NCBI GenBank assembly: GCA_005888435.1 | Contig: VAXO01000051.1 | Location: forward strand, 4,587 to 68,586 | Source: Actinomycetota bacterium | GTDB taxonomy: Bacteria > Actinomycetota > Thermoleophilia > Gaiellales > Gaiellaceae | Length of the DNA stretch: 64,000 nucleotides | Direction: 5' to 3' | Part shown: positions 1 to 10,013 of the stretch, in pieces | Numbering within the stretch: position 1 is the stretch's first letter | How the letters are laid out: the number at the start of each line of letters is the position of its first letter | Notes under the pieces: generated by a model | Told to the model about the DNA's origin: nothing | The model's database searches: none | The model's input: the letters and a program-made list of their open reading frames with translations, nothing else | Translations under genes and position numbers: made by a program

Positions 1-855
1 ATCTACACGGCGCGTCCGGGGATCGTGATCGGCAAGTCCGGCGTCGAGGTCGACGCGCTGCGCAAAGAGCTGCACGCGATCACGAAGAAGAACGTCCACA
101 TCAACATCAACGAGATCAAGCGTCCGGAGCTCGACGCGAAGCTCGTCGCCCAGTCGATCGCGGAGCAGCTGCAGAACCGCGTCAGCTTCCGCCGCGCGAT
201 GAAGCGCGCGCTCGCTTCGGGCATCCGCTCCGGCGCGAAGGGCGTGCGCATCCAGTGCGGCGGCCGCCTGGGCGGCACCGAGATGAGCCGCTCGGAGGCC
301 TACTCCGAGGGCCGCGTCCCGCTGCACACGATCCGCGCGGACATCGACTACGGCTTCGTCGAGGCAAAGACGACTTTCGGCCGCATCGGCGTGAAGGTCT
401 GGATCAACAAGGGCGAGATCATGCCGGAGGGGTACGGCGGCCTCGACACCGAGAAGGATGTGCGGCTCGGCGAGCAGGATCAGGCGCGCCGCCGCCGCGC
501 GAACGTCGAAGGGCTCGGCGCGTCGCGCGAGAGCGGACGCGACCGCCAGCGCGACCGCGAGGGCCTCGGCCCGGTGCGCCCGTCACGGCGAGGCCGGGGC
601 GGCCAAGGCGGCCGCGGCGCCGGTGGCGGTGGCCGCGGCGGCCGCGGTGGTGCACCGCGTGACCGCGCGCGCGGCCAGGACAACGTCGAGCGCCCGCGCA
701 CGGACGAGAAGGCAAAGTCGGCGGAGGGCCGCGAGCAGCCGCAGGTCGAGCCGGAGGTCTCCACGACCCCGCCGCCCGTCGCGGACGCTCCGGACAGCAC
801 CACGCCGAAGCAGCAGACCGAGGACCCCACGAAGCAAGAGAAGGCTGACGAGTAA
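1..855 (+). CDS. rpsC: 30S ribosomal protein S3, 5'-truncated by window edge, with long Arg/Gly-rich then acidic C-terminal tail
   Basis: Frame 1 is open from nt 1 ([24 protein letters not shown]...). S3 core motifs [15 protein letters not shown] and [21 protein letters not shown]. Lies directly upstream of rplP. Confidence 0.95.
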   Translation: MYTARPGIVIGKSGVEVDALRKELHAITKKNVHININEIKRPELDAKLVAQSIAEQLQNRVSFRRAMKRALASGIRSGAKGVRIQCGGRLGGTEMSRSEAYSEGRVPLHTIRADIDYGFVEAKTTFGRIGVKVWINKGEIMPEGYGGLDTEKDVRLGEQDQARRRRANVEGLGASRESGRDRQRDREGLGPVRPSRRGRGGQGGRGAGGGGRGGRGGAPRDRARGQDNVERPRTDEKAKSAEGREQPQVEPEVSTTPPPVADAPDSTTPKQQTEDPTKQEKADE

Positions 856-1280
856 TGCTCCTCCCGAAGAAGACGAAATACCGCAAGTACCAGCGCGGCC
901 GCCGACGCGGCTACTCGAAGGGCCAGACGACCGTGCAGTTCGGCGACTTCGGCCTGAAGGCGCTCGAGACCGGCTGGGTCACCAACCGGCAGATCGAGGC
1001 AGCGCGAATCGCGATGACGCGCAAGATCAAGCGCGGCGGCAAGGTCTGGATCAACGTCTTCCCCGACAAGCCGACGACGCAGAAGCCGGCGGAGACGCGC
1101 ATGGGCTCGGGCAAGGGCTCCCCCGAGCACTGGGTCGCCGTGATCAAGCCCGGCCGAGTCATGTTCGAGCTCGCCGGCGTGCCGGAGCAGCTCGCGAAGG
1201 AAGCGCTGCGCCTGGCCGGGACGAAGTTGTCGCTGAAGACGAAGTTCGTGAAGCGGGAGGCGGATCTCTTTGAAAGCTAG
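855..1280 (+). CDS. rplP: 50S ribosomal protein L16
   Basis: ORF track: [19 protein letters not shown]...[14 protein letters not shown] stop/start overlap with rpsC. Confidence 0.97.
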   Translation: MLLPKKTKYRKYQRGRRRGYSKGQTTVQFGDFGLKALETGWVTNRQIEAARIAMTRKIKRGGKVWINVFPDKPTTQKPAETRMGSGKGSPEHWVAVIKPGRVMFELAGVPEQLAKEALRLAGTKLSLKTKFVKREADLFES

Positions 1281-1467
1281 GGACATCAGGGACATGACCG
1301 ACCACGAGCTCGCGGACGCGTTGGCCGACCGGCGGAAGGAGCTGTTCAACCTGCGCTTCCAGTCGGCGACCGGCGCGCTCGAGAACAGCGCTCGGCTGAA
1401 GCTGGCGAAGCGCGAGATCGCGCGCATCCTGACGGTGCGCACCGAACGAGAGGCGGCACAGAGCTAG
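1270..1467 (+). CDS. rpmC: 50S ribosomal protein L29
   Basis: TTG start at 1270. [13 protein letters not shown] motif; operon position. Confidence 0.93.
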   Translation: MKARDIRDMTDHELADALADRRKELFNLRFQSATGALENSARLKLAKREIARILTVRTEREAAQS

Positions 1468-2051
1468 TGGCTGAAGAAGAAAAGAACGACGAGACAACCG
1501 AAGAGACTCCAGAACAGCCGGTCGACGAGGCCGCGGCCGAGCAGGCCGCGCCCGAGGCCCAGGCCGTCGAGGAGCCCGTGGCCGAGGTGCCTGCAGAGGC
1601 AACCGAAGAGGCACCGGCGACCGAGACCGAGGATGCCGAGGCTCCTGCAGCTGAGGCCGCGCCGCAGCCTGCCGCCGTCTCGGGTCCGAAGAAGAAGCGA
1701 AAGATCGTGCCGCGCTCCGAGCGCCACAAGCACTCGAAGCCGGCCCGAGTAAAGCCGGCCGAGCGCAAGCCGATCGTACGCACCCCGAAGCCGGAAGCCG
1801 AACGCGGCCGCCGGCAGGAGCGCCGCGGCGTCGTCGTCTCGAACGCGATGGACAAGACGATCGTCGTCAAGGTCGACACGATCAAGGCGCACCAGCGCTA
1901 CAAGAAGGTCGTCCGCCGCAGTGCCAAGTTCCACGCGCACGACGAGCAGAACAGCGCGAACGTCGGCGACGTCGTGCGGATCGTCGAGACACGACCGCTG
2001 TCCAAGACGAAGCACTGGAAGCTCGTAGAGGTGGTGGAGGCAGCCCGATGA
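1467..2051 (+). CDS. rpsQ: 30S ribosomal protein S17 with roughly 110-aa N-terminal extension
   Basis: The C-terminal 85 aa is the S17 core ([16 protein letters not shown]...[17 protein letters not shown]...[11 protein letters not shown]). GTG start overlaps the rpmC stop (TAGTG). Alternative in-frame GTG at 1707. Confidence 0.9.
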   Translation: MAEEEKNDETTEETPEQPVDEAAAEQAAPEAQAVEEPVAEVPAEATEEAPATETEDAEAPAAEAAPQPAAVSGPKKKRKIVPRSERHKHSKPARVKPAERKPIVRTPKPEAERGRRQERRGVVVSNAMDKTIVVKVDTIKAHQRYKKVVRRSAKFHAHDEQNSANVGDVVRIVETRPLSKTKHWKLVEVVEAAR

Positions 2052-2416
2052 TCCAGCAGGAATCCCGATTGCGCGTCGCCGACAACACCGGTGCCCGTGA
2101 GCTCCTCTGCATCCGTGTGAAGGGCGGGTCGCATCGGCGTTACGCGCGCGTCGGCGACATCATCGTCGGCACGGTCAAGCTCGCCACTCCGCAGGGCGCG
2201 GTGAAGAAGGGCGAGGTCGTTCAGGCCGTTGTCGTGCGCACCAAGAAGGCGTACGGCCGCGAGGACGGCACGTCGATCGCGTTCGACGAGAACGCCGCGG
2301 TGATCATCGACAACCAGCGCAACCCCCGCGGGACCCGCATCTTCGGTCCGGTCGCGCGCGAGCTGCGCGAGAAGAACTTCATGAAAATCGTCTCCCTGGC
2401 GCCGGAGGTGCTCTAG
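2048..2416 (+). CDS. rplN: 50S ribosomal protein L14
   Basis: [24 protein letters not shown]...; ATGA overlap with rpsQ. Confidence 0.97.
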   Translation: MIQQESRLRVADNTGARELLCIRVKGGSHRRYARVGDIIVGTVKLATPQGAVKKGEVVQAVVVRTKKAYGREDGTSIAFDENAAVIIDNQRNPRGTRIFGPVARELREKNFMKIVSLAPEVL

Positions 2417-2788
2417 ATGGCGCACACCATGAGAGTCAAGAAGGGCGACCTCGTCCACATCCTGAGCGGCAAGGATCGCGGCAAGCAGGGCCGTGTCATC
2501 GACGCGCGGCCCAAGGACCAGAAGGTCGTCGTCGAGAACCTCAACATCGTCAAGCGGCACACGAAGCCGCGCCCGATCCAGAACTCGAGCCGGATGGGGG
2601 CCGCCGGCATGACACCGGGCGGCGTGATCGACAAGCCGGCGCCGGTGCACGTCGGCAATGTCATGGTCGTCTGCCCCGTCTGCAACCGCCCGACCCGGGT
2701 CGGCATGAAGGAGAAGCAGGATCACGGCGAGCTCGTGAAGGTCCGTGTCTGCAAGCGCGAGGACTGCGGGGAGGAGATAGACCGATGA
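2417..2788 (+). CDS. rplX: 50S ribosomal protein L24 (Cys4 variant)
   Basis: KOW motif [22 protein letters not shown]-terminal CPVC...CKREDC. Confidence 0.93.
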   Translation: MAHTMRVKKGDLVHILSGKDRGKQGRVIDARPKDQKVVVENLNIVKRHTKPRPIQNSSRMGAAGMTPGGVIDKPAPVHVGNVMVVCPVCNRPTRVGMKEKQDHGELVKVRVCKREDCGEEIDR

Positions 2789-3390
2789 GCACCACTGTCC
2801 GCGAAGTCCGGAAAGAAGCCGCGCGTGCGTCCTACGCGCCTCGTCTCAAGGTCGAGTACGAGCAGGAGTTGCGCCCGCGCTTGAAGGACGACCTTGACCT
2901 CTCCTCGACGATGGACGTTCCGCACCTCGAGAAGATCACGCTGAACATGGGCGTCGGTGAGGCCAAGACAGACGCCAAGCAGCTCGATTCGGCGCTCGAC
3001 GAGCTGACGACGATCGCCGGCCAGCGTGCGCAGGTGCGCCGCGCCCGGAAGTCGATCGCGCAGTTCAAGATCCGCGAGGGCATGCCGATCGGCGCGAAGG
3101 TCACGCTTCGCGGCGCGCGCATGTACGAGTTCCTCGACCGCCTGATCGCGATCGCGCTGCCGCGCATCCGCGACTTCCGCGGCCTCAATCCGCGCTCCTT
3201 CGACGGCCGCGGCAACTATTCGCTCGGCATCCGCGAGCAGATCATCTTCCCCGAGATCAACTACGACGACATCCAGCAGGTCCGCGGGCTGGACGTCGCG
3301 ATTACGACCTCCGCCAAGAACGACGAGCATGCGCTCGCGCTGCTGCGCGGCCTCGGCATGCCCTTCGCGGCGGACGGAAGGGAGCAATAG
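2785..3390 (+). CDS. rplE: 50S ribosomal protein L5
   Basis: [13 protein letters not shown]...[21 protein letters not shown]...PRIRDFRG. Confidence 0.96.
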   Translation: MSTTVREVRKEAARASYAPRLKVEYEQELRPRLKDDLDLSSTMDVPHLEKITLNMGVGEAKTDAKQLDSALDELTTIAGQRAQVRRARKSIAQFKIREGMPIGAKVTLRGARMYEFLDRLIAIALPRIRDFRGLNPRSFDGRGNYSLGIREQIIFPEINYDDIQQVRGLDVAITTSAKNDEHALALLRGLGMPFAADGREQ

Positions 3391-3396
3391 CACCGC

Positions 3397-3582
3397 ATGG
3401 CAAAGACCTCGCTTCGCATCAAGCAATCGCGCCCACAGCGCTACAAGGTGCGTAACTACACGCGCTGCAACCGCTGTGGACGCCCGCGTGCCGTCTTCCG
3501 CAAGTTCGGCCTGTGCCGGATCTGCCTGCGGGAGCTCGCGCACCAGGGCGTCATCCCGGGCATGACCAAATCCAGCTGGTGA
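3397..3582 (+). CDS. rpsZ: 30S ribosomal protein S14, type Z (zinc-binding, 61 aa)
   Basis: [38 protein letters not shown]. Confidence 0.96.
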   Translation: MAKTSLRIKQSRPQRYKVRNYTRCNRCGRPRAVFRKFGLCRICLRELAHQGVIPGMTKSSW

Positions 3583-3587
3583 TCTAG

Positions 3588-3983
3588 GTGCTTACGGATC
3601 CCGTCGCCGACATGCTCGCCCGCATCCGCAACGCCAACAAGGCGCTGCACGAGAGCACTGATATGCCGACCTCCCGCCTGAAGCAGGAGATCGCGCGCAT
3701 CCTCAAGGAAGAGGGCTACATCTCGGACTTCCACGTCAAGAAGGGCGAGAGCTTCGATACCCTCGTGATCCAGCTGAAGTACGGCCGAAGCCGCGAGAGG
3801 ATCATCACCGACCTCAAGCGGGTGTCGAAGCCCGGCCGCCGTGTCTACGCGGGCAAGGATCGCCTGCCGCGCGTGCTCGGCGGGATGGGCGTCGCGATCA
3901 TGTCGACGTCGAACGGGCTCGTCACCTCGCGCACCGCCGAAGAGAAGGGAATCGGCGGCGAAGTCGTGTGCTTCGTCTGGTAA
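3588..3983 (+). CDS. rpsH: 30S ribosomal protein S8
   Basis: GTG start. [17 protein letters not shown]...GGEVVCFVW. Confidence 0.96.
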   Translation: MLTDPVADMLARIRNANKALHESTDMPTSRLKQEIARILKEEGYISDFHVKKGESFDTLVIQLKYGRSRERIITDLKRVSKPGRRVYAGKDRLPRVLGGMGVAIMSTSNGLVTSRTAEEKGIGGEVVCFVW

Positions 3984-3987
3984 CGAG

Positions 3988-4521
3988 ATGTCGAGAATCG
4001 GAAAACAGCCCATCGAACTCCCCGCGAGCGTCAACGTGTCGCTCTCCCCGGGGCGCGTCATGGTCAACGGCCCGCTCGGCGAGCTGACCCAGGACGTCCC
4101 TGCGCGGATGAAGATCGAGCAGTCCGACGGGGTCATCACCGTGACGCGTCCGACCGAGCGCGGCGACGATCGCGCGCTGCACGGCCTGACGCGGTCGCTG
4201 ATCGCGAACATGGTCGAGGGCGTCACGAGGGGCTTCGAGAAGCGGCTCGAGCTGCAAGGCGTCGGCTACCGCGCCGCGATCCAGGGCGCCGACCTCCGCC
4301 TCGACGTCGGCTACTCGCATCCGGTCGTGATCAAGGCGCCGCAAGGGATCACCTTCGAGGTGCCGACGGCGACGGAGGTCGTCGTCAAGGGCGTCGCGAA
4401 GCAGCAGGTCGGCCAGATCGCGGCAGAGATCCGCAAGGTGCGCCCGCCCGAGCCGTACAAGGGCAAAGGCATCCGCTACCAGGGCGAGTACGTGCGCCGG
4501 AAGGTCGGGAAGCGAGCGTAG
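3988..4521 (+). CDS. rplF: 50S ribosomal protein L6
   Basis: ATG at 3988 inside ORF 3841..4521. [15 protein letters not shown]...[14 protein letters not shown]. Confidence 0.95.
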   Translation: MSRIGKQPIELPASVNVSLSPGRVMVNGPLGELTQDVPARMKIEQSDGVITVTRPTERGDDRALHGLTRSLIANMVEGVTRGFEKRLELQGVGYRAAIQGADLRLDVGYSHPVVIKAPQGITFEVPTATEVVVKGVAKQQVGQIAAEIRKVRPPEPYKGKGIRYQGEYVRRKVGKRA

Positions 4522-4874
4522 TGGCAACGCTGACCGTCAGAGAAGCACGACACCGCCGGCATCGGCGCGTACGCGGCAAGGTGGGAGGCACGGCCGAGCG
4601 GCCCAGGCTCGTCGTCACGCGCTCGAACCGCGGCATCGTCGCGCAGCTCGTCGACGACGCGAACGGCAAGACGCTCTCGTCCGCCAGCTGGCTGCAAGCG
4701 AAGTCCTTCAAAGGCGACAAGACCCAGCAGGCGGCGGAGGTCGGCAAGCGGCTCGCAGAGGACGCCAACCTGAAAAACATCAAGAACGTTGTCTTCGACC
4801 GCGGTGGCTACCTCTACCACGGGCGCGTCAAGGCACTCGCCGATGCGGCGCGCAAAGGAGGCCTCAAGTTTTGA
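4521..4874 (+). CDS. rplR: 50S ribosomal protein L18
   Basis: GTG overlaps the rplF stop. [20 protein letters not shown]...[25 protein letters not shown]. Confidence 0.95.
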   Translation: MATLTVREARHRRHRRVRGKVGGTAERPRLVVTRSNRGIVAQLVDDANGKTLSSASWLQAKSFKGDKTQQAAEVGKRLAEDANLKNIKNVVFDRGGYLYHGRVKALADAARKGGLKF

Positions 4875-5473
4875 GCACACGTCCTGAATTCACTCCGGTC
4901 GAGCGCCGAGTGATCGAGCGCGAGGAGAGCCGCGAGCTCAAGGAGCGCGTGGTCGAGATCAACCGCGTCGCCAAGGTCGTCAAGGGCGGTCGGCGCTTCT
5001 CGTTCACCGCGCTCGTCGTGATCGGCGACGAGGTCGACCGCGTCGGCGTCGGCTACGGGAAGGCCCGCGAGGTGCCGCTGGCGATCACCAAGGCCGTCGA
5101 GGACGCGAAGAAGAACCTCTTCACCGTGCCGAAGCACGGCACGACGATCACGCACGAGATCCTCGGCCGCTCCGACGCCGCGCGCGTGCTGCTGCGGCCG
5201 GCGAGCGAAGGAACCGGCGTCATCGCCGGCGGCGGCGTGCGGGCGGTCCTCGAGCTGGCCGGGATCCGCGACATCCTGGCCAAGAGCCTCGGCACGACGA
5301 ACCCGATCAACATGGCGAAGGCGACGGTCAACGGGCTGAAGAACCTCCGCCGCCCCGACGAGGTGGCGAAGATGCGCGGCCTTTCGATCTCGCAGGTGTT
5401 GCCGTACAAGGCCCCGGAAGAGGCACAAGGCGAAGAGCTGGGGTCAGACCCCGGTCGGGGTCAGACCCCATGA
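4871..5473 (+). CDS. rpsE: 30S ribosomal protein S5 (C-terminal tail encoded by a repeat element)
   Basis: TTG start. [32 protein letters not shown]. The last 11 codons lie in the GGGGTCAGACCCC dyad pair. Confidence 0.95.
   Translation: MSTRPEFTPVERRVIEREESRELKERVVEINRVAKVVKGGRRFSFTALVVIGDEVDRVGVGYGKAREVPLAITKAVEDAKKNLFTVPKHGTTITHEILGRSDAARVLLRPASEGTGVIAGGGVRAVLELAGIRDILAKSLGTTNPINMAKATVNGLKNLRRPDEVAKMRGLSISQVLPYKAPEEAQGEELGSDPGRGQTP
5440..5469. repeat. Tandem palindromic dyads GGGGTCAGACCCC-GGTC-GGGGTCAGACCCC (REP-like element, copy 1)
   Basis: Read directly: 5440-5452 and 5457-5469, preceded by GCT. The same unit occurs at 39431-39458 and, inverted, at 60639-60667. Confidence 0.85.
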
Positions 5474-5649
5474 GCAAGGTGCGCATCACCCAGACCCGGA
5501 GCGTCATCGGTGAGACGCCAAGGCACCGCGGGACGCTCCGCGCGCTCGGCCTGCGAAAGATCGGGCAGACCGTCGAGCACGACGAGACCCCGGTCCTCGC
5601 TGGCATGCTGAGGAAGGTGCGTCACCTCGTGAGGGTCGAGAATGGCTGA
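5470..5649 (+). CDS. rpmD: 50S ribosomal protein L30 (59 aa, below ORF-track cut-off)
   Basis: Own translation: [63 protein letters not shown] overlap with rpsE, and overlaps the rplO start. Confidence 0.9.
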   Translation: MSKVRITQTRSVIGETPRHRGTLRALGLRKIGQTVEHDETPVLAGMLRKVRHLVRVENG

Positions 5650-6214
5650 GCGGCTCAACCTGTCGTCGCTGAAGCCCGCCCAGGCGCGCAAGGATCGCAA
5701 GCGCATCGGCCGTGGCCTGGGCTCCGGCAAAGGCCGTTACTCGGGGCGTGGGATCAAGGGTCAGAAGTCGCGGGCGGGCTCGCACAAGATGCGTGTCGGC
5801 TTCGCGGGCGGCCAGATGCCCATCTACATGCGGCTCGGCAAGCTGCGCGGCGCGACGTCGAAGGACGCGATGCCGATCGGCCCGTTCCGCACGTTCACCG
5901 TCCCGGTCAACGTCGGCGCCCTCGACGCGTTCGACGACGGCGCAGAGGTGACGCCGGAGGCGCTCGTCGAGCGGGGCGTGATCAAGAACACGAAGACGGA
6001 CGTGAAGCTGCTCGGCGACGGCGAGCTCAAGAAAAAGCTGACGGTGCGCGTCCACGCCATCTCGGCCACCGCCCGCAAGAAGGTCGAAGGCGCAGGCGGA
6101 ACCGTGTCCTTGCTTCGCGAGTCGAAGCCGAAGAAGCAGAAAGCCGCGAAGGCCCCGAAGGCCCCGAAGACCGCACCGGCCTCCGAGCCGGAAGCGCCGG
6201 CCCAGGAGGAATAG
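5642..6214 (+). CDS. rplO: 50S ribosomal protein L15 with Lys/Ala/Pro-rich C-terminal tail
   Basis: RIGRGLGSGKGRYSGRGIKGQKSRAG...GGQMPIYMRLGK. Confidence 0.95.
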   Translation: MAERLNLSSLKPAQARKDRKRIGRGLGSGKGRYSGRGIKGQKSRAGSHKMRVGFAGGQMPIYMRLGKLRGATSKDAMPIGPFRTFTVPVNVGALDAFDDGAEVTPEALVERGVIKNTKTDVKLLGDGELKKKLTVRVHAISATARKKVEGAGGTVSLLRESKPKKQKAAKAPKAPKTAPASEPEAPAQEE

Positions 6215-7468
6215 GTGCTCTCCTGGCTCGCCAACGCGTGGCGCGTGCCGGAGCTCCGGAAGCGGATCCTCTTCACGTTCTCCATCCTCGCGCTCTATCG
6301 CCTCGGATCGTGGATCCCCGCGCCGGGCGTCGACTCGAACACGATCAACGACTATTTCAACGGCCGCGGCGGCACGATCCTCGGCCTGCTGAGCGTCTTC
6401 TCGGGCGGCGCGCTTTCACGCTTCGCCGTGTTCGCACTCGGGATCATGCCCTACGTCACCGCCTCGATCATCCTGCAGCTCATGACGGTCGTCGTGCCGA
6501 AGCTCGAGCAGTTGCAGAAGGAGGGCGAGGCCGGCTACGCCAAGATCAACCAGTACACGCGCTACCTGACGGTGGCGCTCGCGGCCGCGCAGTCGACCGG
6601 CTACGCGTACCTGTTCAAGCGCGCCGGGAACCTGCAGGCCGATACCGGACGCATCGTCCTGATCGTCGTCACGCTGACTGCCGGCTGCACCCTGCTCATG
6701 TGGATGGGCGAGCTGATCACCAAGCGCGGTGTCGGCAACGGCATCTCGCTGCTGATCTTCGCGTCGATCCTCTCGTCGGCGCCGACCGGGATCGCTGCCT
6801 GGTACAACGGCGGCACGATGGAGCGGCTGTTCTTCCCGCTCATCGCGCTCGGGATCATCGCCGCCGTCGTCTTCATCCAGGAGGGGCAGCGCCGCATCCC
6901 GATCCAGTACGCGAAGCGGATGGTGGGCCGCCGCCAGACCGCGGGCGGCTCGACCTACCTGCCGCTGCGCGTGAACATGGCCGGCGTCATCCCGGTCATC
7001 TTCGCCGCGGCCGTGATGGCGTTCCCGCCGACGATCGCGCAGTTCTTCCCGTCGACGCAGTCGTGGATCAACGCGCACTTCTCCTACGGCTCGCTGCTGT
7101 ACATCGGCCTGGAGGGGGTGCTGATCATCGTCTTCACCTACTTCTACACAGCCGTGCAGTTCAACCCGGTCGACCAGGCCGACAACCTGCGCCGCTATGG
7201 CGGCTACATCCCGGGCATCAGACCCGGTGCCCCGACGGCGCAGTACCTCGACCGCGTGCTCACGCGGCTGACGCTGCCCGGCTCGCTCTACCTGGCGGCC
7301 GTCGCGGTGCTGCCGAGCATCTTCATCAAGTACGGCGGCTTCTCACAGGCGACGTCGCGCGCGCTCGGCGGCACGTCCGTGCTGATCGTCGTCGGCGTCG
7401 CACTCGACACGATGCGCCAGATGGAGTCGCAGATGATGGCGCGCTCCTACGAAGGCTTCCTGAAGTAG
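6215..7468 (+). CDS. secY: Preprotein translocase subunit SecY
   Basis: 417 aa, multi-TM. LRKRILFTFSILALYRLGSWIPAPG, GIMPYVTASIILQL. Canonical position after rplO. Confidence 0.97.
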   Translation: MLSWLANAWRVPELRKRILFTFSILALYRLGSWIPAPGVDSNTINDYFNGRGGTILGLLSVFSGGALSRFAVFALGIMPYVTASIILQLMTVVVPKLEQLQKEGEAGYAKINQYTRYLTVALAAAQSTGYAYLFKRAGNLQADTGRIVLIVVTLTAGCTLLMWMGELITKRGVGNGISLLIFASILSSAPTGIAAWYNGGTMERLFFPLIALGIIAAVVFIQEGQRRIPIQYAKRMVGRRQTAGGSTYLPLRVNMAGVIPVIFAAAVMAFPPTIAQFFPSTQSWINAHFSYGSLLYIGLEGVLIIVFTYFYTAVQFNPVDQADNLRRYGGYIPGIRPGAPTAQYLDRVLTRLTLPGSLYLAAVAVLPSIFIKYGGFSQATSRALGGTSVLIVVGVALDTMRQMESQMMARSYEGFLK

Positions 7469-7472
7469 CGCC

Positions 7473-8051
7473 ATGCCACTGAACGTTCTGCTGCTCGGCC
7501 CGCAGGGCGCGGGCAAGGGCACGCAAGCCGCGCGTATCTCGACGGAATACAGCATCCCGCACGTCGCGAGCGGCGAGATCCTCCGTTCGGAGATGCAGGC
7601 CGGCACGGAGCTCGGCAGGCGCGTCAAGGACGTGTACGACCGGGGCGACCTCGTGTCCGACGACCTGATGATCGAGCTGATCCGAACGCGGCTCGGCCAG
7701 GGCGACACGGACGGCGGATTCATCCTCGACGGCTTCCCGCGCACAACGCGCCAGGCGGAGGCGCTCGACGAGATGTTCGGGGACATCGGCCGTTCTTTCA
7801 ACGTCGTCTTCGCCCTGCAGATCCCCGACGAAGTGGCCTTCGAGCGCCTGCGCAAGCGGGCGGAGATCGAGGGCCGCGCCGACGACACCGACGAGGCGAT
7901 CAGGCGCCGGCTCGAGAACTACCACCGCGAGACGGAGCCGCTCATCGAGTACTACCGCGCGCGAGGTAACTTGGTCCCCATCCACGGCGAGCGCACCGAG
8001 AACGAGGTGTTCGCGGAGGTCCAATCCGCTTTGGAGCAGGTACCCGCTTGA
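7473..8051 (+). CDS. adk: Adenylate kinase (short lid, no Cys4)
   Basis: P-loop LLGPQGAGKGTQA, GFILDGFPRT. Confidence 0.95.
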   Translation: MPLNVLLLGPQGAGKGTQAARISTEYSIPHVASGEILRSEMQAGTELGRRVKDVYDRGDLVSDDLMIELIRTRLGQGDTDGGFILDGFPRTTRQAEALDEMFGDIGRSFNVVFALQIPDEVAFERLRKRAEIEGRADDTDEAIRRRLENYHRETEPLIEYYRARGNLVPIHGERTENEVFAEVQSALEQVPA

Positions 8052-8824
8052 TCATTCGCAAGTCCAACCAGGAGATCGAGGGCATGGCGCGCGCCGGAGA
8101 GCTCGTCGCGGAGACGATCGCGCTGCTCGGCGAGCACGTCCAGCCCGGGATCACGACCGGTGAGCTCGACCGCATCGCGGAGGAGTTCATCCGTGACCAG
8201 GGCGCCGTGCCGACCTCCAAGGGCTACCGCGGCTTTCCCGCGGCGACGTGCATCTCGCCGAACGCGATGGTCGTCCACGGGATCCCCGGCGACCACCGTG
8301 TCGAGGAGGGCGACCTGATCTCGGTCGACGTCGGGATCACGCTCGACGGTCTCGTCGCCGACAGTGCCTACACCTACGCCGTGGGCGAGGCCGACGACGA
8401 GTCGTCCAGGCTTCTCGAGGTGGGCAAACAGGCCCTCGAGGCGGGCATCGCCCAGGCGCGGGCCGGCAACCGCGTGGGGGACATCTCCCACGCCGTCCAG
8501 GAGCTTGTCGAGGGCGCCGGCTTCTCGGTCGTCCGCTCGCTCGTGGGCCACGGGGTCGGCCGCTCCTACCACGAGGAGCCCCAGATCCCCAACTTCGGCG
8601 AGCCCGGCCGGGGCCCGCTGCTTCAGACGGGCATGACTCTGGCGATCGAGCCGATGATCACGGCCGGCGGGCCGGACGTCTACCTCCACGACGACGAGTG
8701 GTCGATCTCGACCACTGACGGGTCGATGGCCGCCCATTTCGAGCACACGGTCGCTGTCGAGGACGGCCCCGCGCGGATCCTGACCCGGGCGAAGACGCCT
8801 GCAAAGGCCGGTTTGCTACCATAA
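8048..8824 (+). CDS. map: Type I methionine aminopeptidase
   Basis: TTG start overlaps the adk stop. [39 protein letters not shown]. Confidence 0.95.
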   Translation: MIIRKSNQEIEGMARAGELVAETIALLGEHVQPGITTGELDRIAEEFIRDQGAVPTSKGYRGFPAATCISPNAMVVHGIPGDHRVEEGDLISVDVGITLDGLVADSAYTYAVGEADDESSRLLEVGKQALEAGIAQARAGNRVGDISHAVQELVEGAGFSVVRSLVGHGVGRSYHEEPQIPNFGEPGRGPLLQTGMTLAIEPMITAGGPDVYLHDDEWSISTTDGSMAAHFEHTVAVEDGPARILTRAKTPAKAGLLP

Positions 8825-8832
8825 TCGGCTCG

Positions 8833-8857
8833 CGGCGGGTCGTCCCGCCGTGTTTTC
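8833..8857 (+). terminator. Intrinsic-terminator-like hairpin between map and infA
   Basis: CGGCGGG-TCGT-CCCGCCG followed by TGTTTTC. One of very few stem plus T-run structures in the window. Confidence 0.6.
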
Positions 8858-8879
8858 GTGCGCACAGAAGAAAGGCGAA

Positions 8880-9101
8880 TTGTCGAACAAGGAAGAGAAG
8901 ATCGAGGTCGAAGGCGAGATCACCGAGGCCCTCCCGAGCACGATGTTCCGGGTGCAGATCGACGGCGGGCATTCGGTTCTCGCGACCATCTCCGGGAAGA
9001 TGCGCAAGCACTACATCCGCATCCTCCCCGGCGACAAGGTCAAGGTGGAGCTTTCCCCTTACGACCTCACGCGCGGCCGGATCACCTACAGGCATCGATA
9101 G
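8880..9101 (+). CDS. infA: Translation initiation factor IF-1
   Basis: [68 protein letters not shown] at 8880 with GAAAGG upstream is preferred; the ORF-track GTG at 8850 lies inside the hairpin. Confidence 0.93.
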   Translation: MSNKEEKIEVEGEITEALPSTMFRVQIDGGHSVLATISGKMRKHYIRILPGDKVKVELSPYDLTRGRITYRHR

Positions 9102-9110
9102 GAAGATGAG

Positions 9111-9224
9111 ATGAAAGTCAGAGCATCAGTGAAGCCCATGTGCGAGCGCTGCCGCGTGATCAAGCGGCACGGCAAGACCATGGTCATCTGCACCAACCCG
9201 CGACACAAGCAAAGGCAGGGCTAA
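9111..9224 (+). CDS. rpmJ: 50S ribosomal protein L36 (37 aa, zinc-type; below ORF-track cut-off)
   Basis: Own translation: [47 protein letters not shown] Shine-Dalgarno-like sequence upstream. Confidence 0.93.
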   Translation: MKVRASVKPMCERCRVIKRHGKTMVICTNPRHKQRQG

Positions 9225-9608
9225 GTGGCACGCATCGCAGGAGTGAACCTTCCGAATCAGAAGCGGCTCGAGATCGGGCTGACCTACATCTACGGGATCG
9301 GCCAGCCGACGGCGCGCAAGGTCGCGATCGCGCTCGCCCTGAATCCCGACACGAAGATCCGCGACCTCACCGAAGACGAGGTCACGAAGCTGCGCCAGTA
9401 CATCGACGAGAACCTGCAGGTCGAGGGTGACCTGCGGCGCGAGCGGTCGCAGGCGATCAAGCGCCTGCAGGAGATCGGCGCGTACCGCGGCGTCCGCCAC
9501 CGCCGCGGCCTCCCGGTGAACGGTCAGCGCACGCGCACCAACGCGCGTACCCGCAAAGGCCCGGCGAAGACGGTCAGCCGGGGCAAGAGAGCAACGGCGA
9601 AGACCTAA
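9225..9608 (+). CDS. rpsM: 30S ribosomal protein S13
   Basis: [24 protein letters not shown]...[23 protein letters not shown]. Confidence 0.96.
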   Translation: MARIAGVNLPNQKRLEIGLTYIYGIGQPTARKVAIALALNPDTKIRDLTEDEVTKLRQYIDENLQVEGDLRRERSQAIKRLQEIGAYRGVRHRRGLPVNGQRTRTNARTRKGPAKTVSRGKRATAKT

Positions 9609-10013
9609 ATGGCGCCTCCTCGGAAGACAGCGGCACGCGGCCGCACTCGTCGCCGCGTGCGGAAGAACATCGCGATCGGCCAGGCGCACATCAAGACGTC
9701 GTTCAACAACACGATCGTCGCGCTGACGGACAAGGACGGGAACGTGATCGCGTGGGAGTCCGCCGGCTCGGCCGGCTTCAAGGGCTCGCGCAAGTCGACG
9801 CCGTTCGCGGCGCAGGTCACCGCCGACTCCTGCGCGCGCAAGGGCATGGAGCACGGGCTGCAGAAGGTGGAGGTGTTCGTCAAGGGGCCGGGCTCCGGCC
9901 GTGAGACGGCGATCCGCTCGCTGCAGGCGGCCGGTCTCGAGATCCTCGGCGTCAAGGACGTGACGCCGCAGGCCCACAACGGGGTTCGCCCGCGCAAGCG
10001 GAGGCGCGTCTAA
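9609..10013 (+). CDS. rpsK: 30S ribosomal protein S11
   Basis: [42 protein letters not shown]. Confidence 0.96.
   Translation: MAPPRKTAARGRTRRRVRKNIAIGQAHIKTSFNNTIVALTDKDGNVIAWESAGSAGFKGSRKSTPFAAQVTADSCARKGMEHGLQKVEVFVKGPGSGRETAIRSLQAAGLEILGVKDVTPQAHNGVRPRKRRRV

Noticed and set aside
8850-8879. GTG 8850 as the infA start (ORF track).
   Set aside because: It lies within the terminator-like stem and adds 10 non-conserved residues. TTG 8880 with GAAAGG upstream gives a normal-length IF-1.
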